In this document: in pieces, positions 10,662 through 18,798 of the stretch
How positions within the stretch are numbered: position 1 is the stretch's first letter
How the letters are laid out: every line of letters starts with the position of its first letter
From: Calditrichaceae bacterium
Lineage (GTDB): Bacteria; Calditrichota; Calditrichia; Calditrichales; JBFXGD01
Assembly: GCA_050173015.1 (NCBI GenBank)
Contig: JBFXLE010000011.1
Span: forward strand, 33,232-97,231
Reading direction: 5' to 3'
Length of the DNA stretch: 64,000 nucleotides
Translations under genes and position numbers: made by a program
Notes under the pieces: generated by a model
Told to the model about the DNA's origin: nothing
The model's database searches: none
What the model saw: the letters and a program-made list of their open reading frames with translations, nothing else

Positions 10662-11195
10662 TCATCGCTCAATATAATTTTTTAGCGAGGATAGATTCAA
10701 ATTTATCAGCTCATTGAATGCGGGCCGGACAATTATAAAGTCCATTAGTTTTGACAGTACGGGAGGCGCCATATAAGTGATTTCCCAAATGGCTTCCGTG
10801 CTTCCGTCCGGTAGTGCTTCCAGTACAATGGACTGCCGGATATTATGAATTAACGATTTCCTTACCGTATCGATCTGAGTAAAAGTGATCCGGTCAGATG
10901 ACTCGTAAATTTCTATCCGTTCTTTAATTTTCAGCTCTCTTCCGATGATTGAATAATCTACAACACGCAGGGATTTATTAAGTGAGACTTCGGGATAAAA
11001 TTCTATCTGCCGTATAGATTTATACCAATTCGAATATTCATTTGGTCCGGTAACCGCTGCCCAGACAACCGTTTCGGGCGCCTCAATTGTAATCGATTTC
11101 CTTATACTGGTTTCGGGATTTAATATGATCCCGGTTACTAAAATGATAGAAAATAGTACGATAAGAATTGCTGAAACCACAGCTGAAGTTTTCAT
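10662..11195 (-). CDS. Membrane-anchored SRPBCC (START/Bet v1-like) fold protein
   Basis: I prefer the internal ATG at 11195 (MKTSAVVSAILIV...). It overlaps the upstream TGA in an ATGA junction. One TM helix, then the ITIEAPETVVWAAV... pattern of SRPBCC proteins. The longer ORF-track start (11300) would overlap the upstream T9SS tail. Confidence 0.6.
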   Translation of the reverse strand: MKTSAVVSAILIVLFSIILVTGIILNPETSIRKSITIEAPETVVWAAVTGPNEYSNWYKSIRQIEFYPEVSLNKSLRVVDYSIIGRELKIKERIEIYESSDRITFTQIDTVRKSLIHNIRQSIVLEALPDGSTEAIWEITYMAPPVLSKLMDFIIVRPAFNELINLNLSSLKNYIER

Positions 11196-11971
11196 CTGAT
11201 TAAGAGCATCTTTTTGGTATGGATTTGTTTTTGTCCCGTCAGACGGTAATAATATAATCCTGACGCGGCCGGGATACCGTTTTCGGACTGTCCGTCCCAT
11301 AGAACGGTGTGTCTGCCCGTATTGTATATTCCGTCTGCCAGGCTACGAACTAATCTACCCCGGCTGTCAAAAATTTGCAAACTAATTTTTTGAGGACGGT
11401 CCAGTGAGAATCTGATGGTGGTTTCGGGATTAAAGGGATTGGGAAAATTGTGATTCAGCACAAAACTGATCGGATTTTCGGGACCGGAATCAACTGATGT
11501 TGCCAAAAGTCCGTCGATGGAAGCCCTGATATCGGAGATGTTTACGCCAAATCTTAAATATCTGATAATTCCTTCCTGATCGACCACTACACTGTAATCA
11601 TTAGCAACCTTATATGCAGCGCCGGTTTGTTGTCCGTTAAGCAGCAGAGGGTATTGAATCCCTGTACTGTTTTTAAAACTTTGGAGCTGTGAAGAGTTTC
11701 CGTTATAGTAATCAATTCCAACCGCCTGAAAAACGGTTTCACTATAATTATCCGCGATTTGGGTTTGCGTACTGCCGCCGGCAGCGAGACAAGACGGTCA
11801 ATTGTATCCGACAAAAAATAGATAGATTACTTTGCCTTTATAATCACTGAGTTTAAATGTGCCTCCGTCCAGCCGGTTTAAAGTAAAATCGGGCGCCGGA
11901 TCGCCTACCCCGGCAGTCAGTCCCGCTGAAAGGAGAAGTACCAATATTAACGGGAGAAACTTCGATTGCAT
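11192..11971 (-). CDS. Candidate selenoprotein: secreted thioredoxin-fold (TlpA/redoxin-like) protein with UxxC motif and T9SS C-terminal sorting domain
   Basis: The ATG at 11971 follows GAGGA. The product starts with signal peptide MQSKFLPLILVLLLSAGLTAG, then DPAPDFTL...YKGKVIYLFFVGYN. An in-frame TGA follows at 11800-11798 (codon 58), then PSCLAAGG...GIQYPLLLNG...VVVDQEGIIRY. The tail is NHNFPNPFNPETTIRF...LYYYRL...MLLIR. There is one continuous frame of 260 codons. The ORF track shows only the C-terminal 131 aa plus an out-of-frame ORF. Confidence 0.6.
11768..11786 (-). promoter_or_regulatory. SECIS-like stem-loop downstream of the in-frame UGA
   Basis: mRNA sense is CG-CUGCC-GGC-GGCAG-UA-CG. 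Five GC-rich pairs close a GGC loop and extend by two pairs across a UA bulge. The stem begins 12-13 nt after the UGA. Confidence 0.4.
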
Positions 11972-11990
11972 TATATATCCTCATTGTATG

Positions 11991-13505
11991 TTAAAATAGA
12001 CTATTTAAGCGAAATTCTAATCCTTCAAACGGCTGCACCTGATAACATATTCCGCCGGTACACGCATTACCCCCGCGCCGTTTCCCATAGAATAAGGCGG
12101 TAGAATGATTCTGATTAATCTGATAATTCAGGCTGAATCCAAGCCATGATTTGTAAATATCATTTTGAAGCGGATTTAGGGTGTTGTTTTCTACCGGATC
12201 ATTTGTCAGTTCAAACGCCAGACCACCCGCCAGATTCGGAGCGCGAGTGAACGACAAGCCAAGGTATCCGTTTTTTGTGGTGTGATTTTGCTCCTGATTA
12301 AATCGGTAGTTTCTGTCAAATTTTTGCGCCTGAATATCAACGGCAAGGCTCCAGATGCTGAGAAAATCATGCTCCAGGGTGATTCCCGCTGTCATCCGCT
12401 CATAAACATCGATGATCGGATCCTCTGACCAGTTAATAAAAGGTCTGATCAGAAAGTAGTCATTCAGGTAATAATTGATGTCAGCATGATATTCCTGAAA
12501 TGTGCGCTTAAAGCTGCCGAATTCATTAGTGGCTCTGGCGTGGTTTAGCGTTAATGTATTAAGTCCGTTGAGATTTATCAGGCTTTCGAGCTGAAAACCG
12601 CGTTCATCCTGCGGCTCGACCGAATGGGTGCTCCTGTTCAATAAAATGAAGGAATGCTCCCGGACAAGCTGCGGTGGATCATTAAAATTGAGAGTAAACT
12701 CATGATAATCCTTATATTCGGCTATTATGCTTATACGGTTATAACTAAAACTTACCGATGAATAGAAAGCATGCCGGCTTTCTGTGCCCAATCTAAAAGG
12801 ATCATTCGCGTCATCCAAATCCTGGACATATTCCACGTAGTATTGACTTCCGGAGATACCGTTGCCACTCAGGTTGAACCCTCCGAATTCGGTGATCTCA
12901 TTCTGGTAATCCTGACGGAGATACAACAGGCCGGGGGTCATTAAATTCCCTAAAGAAAAATTGATTTCACCTGCCTGAAGCAGGTTTGGGCGTCGCAAAT
13001 CACGGTCATTTGTCGGCGGGCGTGTTAAGTCAAGAGGTTTTCCGTATAATACTTTCGCCTGAAAAAAATCTCCGGTATATCCCGCCGAAACTCCTTCTAT
13101 ATCCTTGAAGAAACCGTAATGTTGTCTTGTACCAATGTCTTCAAAAGTAACACCCGGTATCTCATAAGTGCGCAGCAGGAGACCGCGTCCGAGAATGTCA
13201 AAAAAGTTTCCAAGCCTGATCTGAAAATGGTTGTTTTGGAATTTTATATATTTTTGAGAGATTTGATTATACCGGTGGTCATCATTGGTGACCTCGAACG
13301 ATTCAGTACGCAGACCGGCACTGAAATTATTATACCGATAATCCAGATTCATCTGATTGTATAAATTGTAATGCGCGGGCTGGCCACTGTCCGGGATGTT
13401 TCCCAGTTGATATTCAAGACGGTTGGATACGGAGATTTGGCCTGATGTGATTGCGCCGGTGAATAGAATCAGAACTAAAGGAAGCAAATAATACTTATTT
13501 TTCAA
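11991..13505 (-). CDS. Predicted outer-membrane beta-barrel protein (unknown function)
   Basis: Signal peptide MKNKYYLLPLVLILFTGAITSG, alternating aromatic/polar beta-strand pattern throughout, and a C-terminal ...EFRLNSLF ending in Phe. It overlaps the upstream TlpA stop. Confidence 0.6.
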   Translation of the reverse strand: MKNKYYLLPLVLILFTGAITSGQISVSNRLEYQLGNIPDSGQPAHYNLYNQMNLDYRYNNFSAGLRTESFEVTNDDHRYNQISQKYIKFQNNHFQIRLGNFFDILGRGLLLRTYEIPGVTFEDIGTRQHYGFFKDIEGVSAGYTGDFFQAKVLYGKPLDLTRPPTNDRDLRRPNLLQAGEINFSLGNLMTPGLLYLRQDYQNEITEFGGFNLSGNGISGSQYYVEYVQDLDDANDPFRLGTESRHAFYSSVSFSYNRISIIAEYKDYHEFTLNFNDPPQLVREHSFILLNRSTHSVEPQDERGFQLESLINLNGLNTLTLNHARATNEFGSFKRTFQEYHADINYYLNDYFLIRPFINWSEDPIIDVYERMTAGITLEHDFLSIWSLAVDIQAQKFDRNYRFNQEQNHTTKNGYLGLSFTRAPNLAGGLAFELTNDPVENNTLNPLQNDIYKSWLGFSLNYQINQNHSTALFYGKRRGGNACTGGICYQVQPFEGLEFRLNSLF

Positions 13506-14001
13506 CTTTACTCTCCGGCGAATTTAATATTTTTAGGATTTCCTCTTCAATGATATTTTCATCTCCGGAACGGTAGCCCTTGTGGATATAAATGATTTCA
13601 CGATCACTGTTGATAATCAGCAGGGTTGGTATGTTGATGATGCCCAGTTCGGAGGCAAAGGAGCTGTTAGGGTCAAGAAGAATGGGATAACTTATTTTAT
13701 AAGTCTTTGCGAAGGGTTTAATTTTGGCGGAATTACGCGGGCTGTCCACATTGATTCCGATAAACGCAACGCCGCTATTTTTAAATTGTTCGGAAAGTTT
13801 GTTCAATTTTGGAAGCGCTTTCGCACAAGGTTTGCACCAGGTGGCCCAAAAATCAATAACAGTTACATTCCCGCCTTTCAGTTCAGAAAAATTTGTCCAT
13901 TTATTGTCGATATTTTTTAATTTAAAATCAGGGATAGTTCTTCCGGCCAAGACGGTTTGCAACAGAATAAGAGTGAAATATATCATAAATCTGGAACGCA
14001 T
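13495..14001 (-). CDS. TlpA-family thiol:disulfide oxidoreductase (periplasmic thioredoxin fold)
   Basis: Signal peptide, then IPDFKL...VTVIDFWATWCKPCAKALP (WCxxC), then YPILLD and IPTLLIIN. Confidence 0.85.
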   Translation of the reverse strand: MRSRFMIYFTLILLQTVLAGRTIPDFKLKNIDNKWTNFSELKGGNVTVIDFWATWCKPCAKALPKLNKLSEQFKNSGVAFIGINVDSPRNSAKIKPFAKTYKISYPILLDPNSSFASELGIINIPTLLIINSDREIIYIHKGYRSGDENIIEEEILKILNSPESKVEK

Positions 14002-14147
14002 ATTTGTTACCTCGTTCTATTTTATATATATTATTTACTAAAGAGTCTAAGAAAGACTAACGCAGGTTTTTCCCAAAACATTCTAATAACTTGAATTGTT
14101 CACGCTTATCATACTAATTTGATGAATCAAAGATATTTAACTTCAGA

Positions 14148-14528
14148 TTGTTCATGAAAAAAAAACTAATCGAACTAAACGAAGGATTAGATAATCAGCA
14201 TGTCAACCTGCTCTGTCTTGAAGTAGGAAGAGATATTCAGGTAATACTCAGCGGTGGTGCGTCCCATATCGGCGCGATCGGATTGGGTGTGTGTTATGAC
14301 AGTGATAAGGCAAACTCATCGGTAATTGCCGTTCACGGTCACAAAGAGGACGATCTTGTAAAAAAAGCGGCATACAGGTTAAGCAAGGCATTAAGAAGAA
14401 ACGTAGCTGTTTCGGCCGGCATTCATTATGATGATTTAACCGGTAATGATATCTCTGCAATTCTCGCCAATGCGGATCTATTGATTGACCGGTTAATAGA
14501 ATTGCTCGAAAAAGACTCTAATCGTTAG
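14148..14528 (+). CDS. Hypothetical protein (weak recollection of LpdD-like small partner proteins of UbiD decarboxylases; unverified)
   Basis: 126-aa ORF with motifs GGASHIGAIGLG, HGHKEDD and AGIHYDD. Start uncertain (TTG 14148 or ATG 14154). Confidence 0.45.
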   Translation: MFMKKKLIELNEGLDNQHVNLLCLEVGRDIQVILSGGASHIGAIGLGVCYDSDKANSSVIAVHGHKEDDLVKKAAYRLSKALRRNVAVSAGIHYDDLTGNDISAILANADLLIDRLIELLEKDSNR

Positions 14529-14611
14529 AAAAAATGAAACAAGATGCGTTTTTTTAAGTAAGAGGCTACCACAAGCGCTAAGTCCGCTATAATATAAAAT
14601 TAGGAGTAGTC

Positions 14612-14746
14612 ATGTCTGAAAAACAAACCAACAAAACATCGAAATCAAACAAAAAGAAGAACAGTCAGGTTGATGGAATCTGGATACTTGTTCTTTTTGC
14701 ATTTCTTTTGATGGGTATCATCGCCATCGGTCTTTTTATTGAATAA
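14612..14746 (+). CDS. Small (44 aa) tail-anchored membrane protein, not in ORF track
   Basis: AGGAG lies 7 nt upstream of the ATG. Product is MSEKQTNKTSKSNKKKNSQVDGIWILVLFAFLLMGIIAIGLFIE: a Lys-rich N-terminus plus one TM helix. Confidence 0.45.
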   Translation: MSEKQTNKTSKSNKKKNSQVDGIWILVLFAFLLMGIIAIGLFIE

Positions 14747-14855
14747 AATAGCGCCGGAATATGTTCTAAAATGATCATGGACAGAATTCGTAAAATCACG
14801 CGTCGGATATTCAAATTATCATAGCGGGAATCCGCAAACTACCGGAAATATAGAT

Positions 14856-16820
14856 ATGGAAATACCGTTTCTTGTTGATATAGTTATAATTCTTGGATTA
14901 TCAGTTCCCGTATCCTTTGTTTGCAGTAAGCTGAAAATACCCACTATTGTTGGATTTTTAATCACGGGAGTCCTCGCCGGACCGGCAGGGCTTTCGCTTG
15001 TGAGCGCGATGCATCAAGTGGAAGTTATGGCGGAGATAGGTGTTATTCTCCTGTTATTTTCCATCGGTCTTGAATTTTCGTTTAAACATCTCTTTGAGTT
15101 AAGACGCACGGTTTTGGTTGGTGGCGCGATACAAGTCGGTTTAACAATTTTGCTGACAGCGATGATCGCGCAATTATTTGAATTCAGCTGGGAAAAATCA
15201 ATTTTTTTCGGATTTCTGGTTGCCTTGAGCAGTACAGCGATTGTATTAAATCAGCTGCAGGCTTCTTCGGCGATTGACGCGCCTCATGGCCGGACATCTT
15301 TGAGCATACTCATTTTTCAGGATATCGTGATTGTTCCGATGATGATATTGACACCTCTCTTATCCGGCAATAGTCAGCTTAATATTAGCTATGTTGCATT
15401 GCTTCTTGGTAAAGCCACCTTGCTGGTCGTGTTTGTTTTTGTGGGAACCCGCTGGCTGATCCCGAAAATATTTTTTCAGATTGCAAAAACTCAGCTTCGC
15501 GAACTCTTTTTATTAAGCATTGTATTTCTTGCTTTTGCCATTGCATGGCTGACTTCAATGATTGGACTGTCATTGGCACTGGGAGCTTTTTTAGCCGGTC
15601 TGATGATTTCAGAATCAGAATACAGTCATAATGCTATTTCACATATATTGCCGTTTCGTGATATATTTCTGAGTTTCTTCTTTGTATCCGTAGGAATGCT
15701 GCTCGATATCAGGACGATTCTCAATCATTATGAAATTATAATATTTGTCCTTTTTGCCCTTATCATGTTAAAAATATTTACATCGGGAGCGGCCGCCTTA
15801 ATTTTGGGCTATCCCTTGCGAACGGCTGTCTTTGTGGCCCTGGCGCTTGCCCAGATTGGCGAATTTTCGTTTGTACTGGCAAAAGAAGGCTACAGTCAGG
15901 CATTGATGACCGGGGAATTTTATCAGATATTCTTATCGGTTACGATACTGACCATGATATTCACGCCGTTTCTCATTTCAATAGGTGAATATTCAGACAG
16001 AATCGCGAATTTCCTACCCCTTCCTTCCGGAATTAAAAACAGAAGATTTTCAGAATATAACGCGACGAAAACAATTGAGAAACATCTCATAATCGCCGGA
16101 TTCGGATTAAGCGGAAGAAATCTGGCTCATACAGCCCGGTCGGCGCAAATTCCATATATCATACTCGAAATGAATCCTGAAACGGTAAGAACGGAAAGAT
16201 TTAAAGGTGAGCCGATATATTTTGGGGATGCCTGCCAGATATCTGTTCTGAAGCAGGCGGGAATACATTCCGCCAGGGTAATAGTTGTCGCGGTGTCAGA
16301 TATTGCTGCCCTAAGAAGAATTGTATTCCTGGCGAAGCTCGAAAATCCTGAAATTTACGTCATCGCGAGAACCCGTTTTGTCAAGGAGATCGAACCGCTC
16401 CGGGAGCTTGGAGCCGATGAAATTGTGGCTGAAGAATTCGAATCATCCATTGAAATTTTTACACGCGTTCTAAAACGATTTTTGATTTCGGATGAACTGA
16501 TAGACGCGCTTAATTCTGAAGTTCGAGCTGACGGGTATAGCCAACTAAGAAAACCGGATTGGTCAGTTCACGCTCTGGATGATTTAAAACTGCCCGATGT
16601 CCGGGTGAGTCGGATGACGGTGACCGCGGTTTCCGGGCTTGCGGATAAAACTCTCTCAGAGATCGGGCTTCGCAAAAAATACGGTGTAACCCTGCTGGCT
16701 ATCATTCGGGCGAAAAATGTGATTTCCAATCCTTCATCCGAAGAGCGAATTGTTGCAAATGATCAACTTATTGTGCTTGGCCACCCGGATCAGATAAGTG
16801 TATTGTTGACAAAGATCTGA
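14856..16820 (+). CDS. CPA2-family monovalent cation:proton antiporter (Kef-type) with C-terminal RCK/TrkA-N and TrkA-C domains
   Basis: About 12 TM segments in the N-terminal 380 aa, then a Rossmann motif IIAGFGLSGRN, then a TrkA-C-like segment LSEIGLRKKYGVTLLAI. Confidence 0.85.
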   Translation: MEIPFLVDIVIILGLSVPVSFVCSKLKIPTIVGFLITGVLAGPAGLSLVSAMHQVEVMAEIGVILLLFSIGLEFSFKHLFELRRTVLVGGAIQVGLTILLTAMIAQLFEFSWEKSIFFGFLVALSSTAIVLNQLQASSAIDAPHGRTSLSILIFQDIVIVPMMILTPLLSGNSQLNISYVALLLGKATLLVVFVFVGTRWLIPKIFFQIAKTQLRELFLLSIVFLAFAIAWLTSMIGLSLALGAFLAGLMISESEYSHNAISHILPFRDIFLSFFFVSVGMLLDIRTILNHYEIIIFVLFALIMLKIFTSGAAALILGYPLRTAVFVALALAQIGEFSFVLAKEGYSQALMTGEFYQIFLSVTILTMIFTPFLISIGEYSDRIANFLPLPSGIKNRRFSEYNATKTIEKHLIIAGFGLSGRNLAHTARSAQIPYIILEMNPETVRTERFKGEPIYFGDACQISVLKQAGIHSARVIVVAVSDIAALRRIVFLAKLENPEIYVIARTRFVKEIEPLRELGADEIVAEEFESSIEIFTRVLKRFLISDELIDALNSEVRADGYSQLRKPDWSVHALDDLKLPDVRVSRMTVTAVSGLADKTLSEIGLRKKYGVTLLAIIRAKNVISNPSSEERIVANDQLIVLGHPDQISVLLTKI

Positions 16821-17079
16821 TGTTGTATCAAATTCTCCCGCCATTTTTAATAAGCCCTAGTCCACTTTCAAACGCATGACAATTTTTTGTACCTGGCCGG
16901 TGATACGTTTAAATTGAACCCTATTTTCTTTGTAATGCGGTTAAAATGGCTGATGGGATAGATTGAAAACAGAAAAAATGGCTTTAAAATCGGTGTTGAG
17001 TCCTTGTATTTATAACTGTTTAGGTTTATATTTTTAGATTAAGTTATGGAATCGATTATCTTTTGACGGGAGGTTTTTC

Positions 17080-18432
17080 TTGTCCACGCTTATGGTTTCG
17101 ATATCGGGCGTACGAGGAGAGATAGGAAGTACCCTTACACCTGAAATTATACAGAAATATACCCTTGCGTACGGAACATATTTAAACGGCGGTACAGTTA
17201 TTGTCGGCCGTGATTCAAGAGTATCGGGACCCTTCGTCCTGTCAATCGTGAAGGGCTGTCTTATGGCAACAGGATGCAAAGTGATTGATATAGGGATTGT
17301 ACCGACGCCAACTGTGCAGATGTCCATTGAGCATTACAAAGCGGATGGCGGCATCGCCATCACCGCCAGTCACAATCCGGTTCAATGGAACGGATTGAAA
17401 TTTATGGATTCAAACGGCCGGTTTTTAAGCCCGGAGAAAGCCGGACAGGTTTATGAAATGGCCGATAAGGGTGAATTCAGTCTAAAGGAATGGCAGTATC
17501 TTGGTGATGAAGTAAGTGATGAACGGGCAAATGAACGGCATATCGAAGCAGTGCTTAATCTTCCGTATATTGATTTGCAGAAACTGCGTGAACGCGGATT
17601 CCGGGTTGTGGTAGATACGGTAAACGGCGCGGGCGGACTCATCATCCCTCAGCTGCTGCGCAAAATGGGTTGTGAAGTAATCGCCATAAATGATGAAGCA
17701 ACGGGGCAGTTTTCTCACACCCCTGAACCGCTGCCTGAGAATCTTACCCAGTTGAGCCGGGCGGTAAAAGAAGCGGGAGCGGATCTCGGTTTTGCCGTCG
17801 ATCCGGATGTGGATCGTTGCGCCATAGTGGACGAGAACGGTAATCCGATCGGGGAAGAATATACTCTGGCGTTGGCTGTAAAATTAATACTTTCAAAAAA
17901 AATGGGCCGTGTTGTGGTAAATATGTCCACATCGATGGCCTCGGAAGATATCGCGAAATATTACAATTGCATGTTCCTCCGCAGCAAAGTCGGGGAGATT
18001 AATGTTGCTGAAATGATGGCAGAGTATGACGCGATTATCGGCGGAGAAGGAAACGGAGGGGTCATCCTGCCGGAACTTCATCTTGGGCGTGACGCGCCTC
18101 TGGCGGTGGTTTTGACCCTGCAGCATCTGCTTGAATTTGGAGGGACTTTATCGGAACTGCATCAATCACTGCCGCAATATACCATCGTGAAAATGAAAGT
18201 GGATATTGAAGGTATGAATCCCGAAACGGTTCTTGAGAAGTTAGCTAAAAAATATGCCAGTGAAGATATCAATTTACTGGACGGAGTCAAAATTGATTTT
18301 GACAAAAGTTGGGTGCACCTTCGCAAGTCCAATACCGAGCCAATCGTGCGGGTGATGGCGGAGGCACCGACGGATGATGACGCAAAGGCACTGGCAAATC
18401 GATTTATGGATGAAATTAAACAATTAATGTGA
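17080..18432 (+). CDS. glmM: Phosphohexomutase-family enzyme, Bacteroidota-type phosphoglucosamine mutase (a phosphopentomutase role cannot be excluded)
   Basis: TTG start 6 nt after GGGAGG. Motifs: VSISGVRGEIG, the active-site loop TASHNP, and the metal loop DPDVDR. Confidence 0.8.
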   Translation: MSTLMVSISGVRGEIGSTLTPEIIQKYTLAYGTYLNGGTVIVGRDSRVSGPFVLSIVKGCLMATGCKVIDIGIVPTPTVQMSIEHYKADGGIAITASHNPVQWNGLKFMDSNGRFLSPEKAGQVYEMADKGEFSLKEWQYLGDEVSDERANERHIEAVLNLPYIDLQKLRERGFRVVVDTVNGAGGLIIPQLLRKMGCEVIAINDEATGQFSHTPEPLPENLTQLSRAVKEAGADLGFAVDPDVDRCAIVDENGNPIGEEYTLALAVKLILSKKMGRVVVNMSTSMASEDIAKYYNCMFLRSKVGEINVAEMMAEYDAIIGGEGNGGVILPELHLGRDAPLAVVLTLQHLLEFGGTLSELHQSLPQYTIVKMKVDIEGMNPETVLEKLAKKYASEDINLLDGVKIDFDKSWVHLRKSNTEPIVRVMAEAPTDDDAKALANRFMDEIKQLM

Positions 18433-18444
18433 TATTGGGAATTT

Positions 18445-18720
18445 ATGATTATCTGCAGAGTGCTCGGTGATATCGTATCTACCGTAAAAAACAGCCACTT
18501 CGAAGGTAAAAAACTGATGATTGTCCAGCCTTTGGATTTGTCTGATCAGGCGGAAGGCAAAGCCTTCATAGCGCTGGATACCGTTCAGGCGGGCATGGGT
18601 GATAAGGTGCTTGTAATGAGAGAGGGCGGCTCGGCGAGGATCATTTTTAACGATAATGAAATTCCCGTACAGGCGGTAATTGTGGGTGTGGTGGACAATG
18701 TGGATATCGTTGAATCCTGA
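18445..18720 (+). CDS. Bacterial microcompartment vertex protein (BMC-P, EutN/CcmL family)
   Basis: 91 aa. The pattern MIICRVLGDIVSTVK...KLMIVQPLD...ALDTVQAGMGDKVLVMREGGSAR...VIVGVVDNV aligns along its length with the remembered EutN pattern. Confidence 0.85.
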   Translation: MIICRVLGDIVSTVKNSHFEGKKLMIVQPLDLSDQAEGKAFIALDTVQAGMGDKVLVMREGGSARIIFNDNEIPVQAVIVGVVDNVDIVES

Positions 18721-18798
18721 TCCGGGTGAATAATTTGTGTGTGAAGAGAATTTAATATATAATAAAATTAATGGAATCATTTAAAATCAGGCTGAATT

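Noticed and set aside
11798-11800. TGA as a globally reassigned sense codon (genetic code 4 or 25)
   Set aside because: Many well-supported genes in the window terminate at TGA at the expected protein ends, for example the HDAC-family gene at 762-764 and era at 4438-4440. A simple nonsense-mutation pseudogene cannot be fully excluded and is noted in the finding.
11587-11814. 75-aa ORF from the six-frame track (MSDTIDRLVSLPAAVRKPK...)
   Set aside because: It is out of frame with the thioredoxin-fold reading, and its product is basic, low-complexity and motif-free. The alternative frame gives a continuous redoxin + T9SS protein apart from the single TGA.
14747-14855. Riboswitch (for example c-di-AMP/ydaO type) in the leader of the K+/H+ antiporter gene
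   Set aside because: I looked for one because such leaders often precede K+ transport genes. The roughly 110-nt leader shows none of the conserved helices or motifs I can recall.
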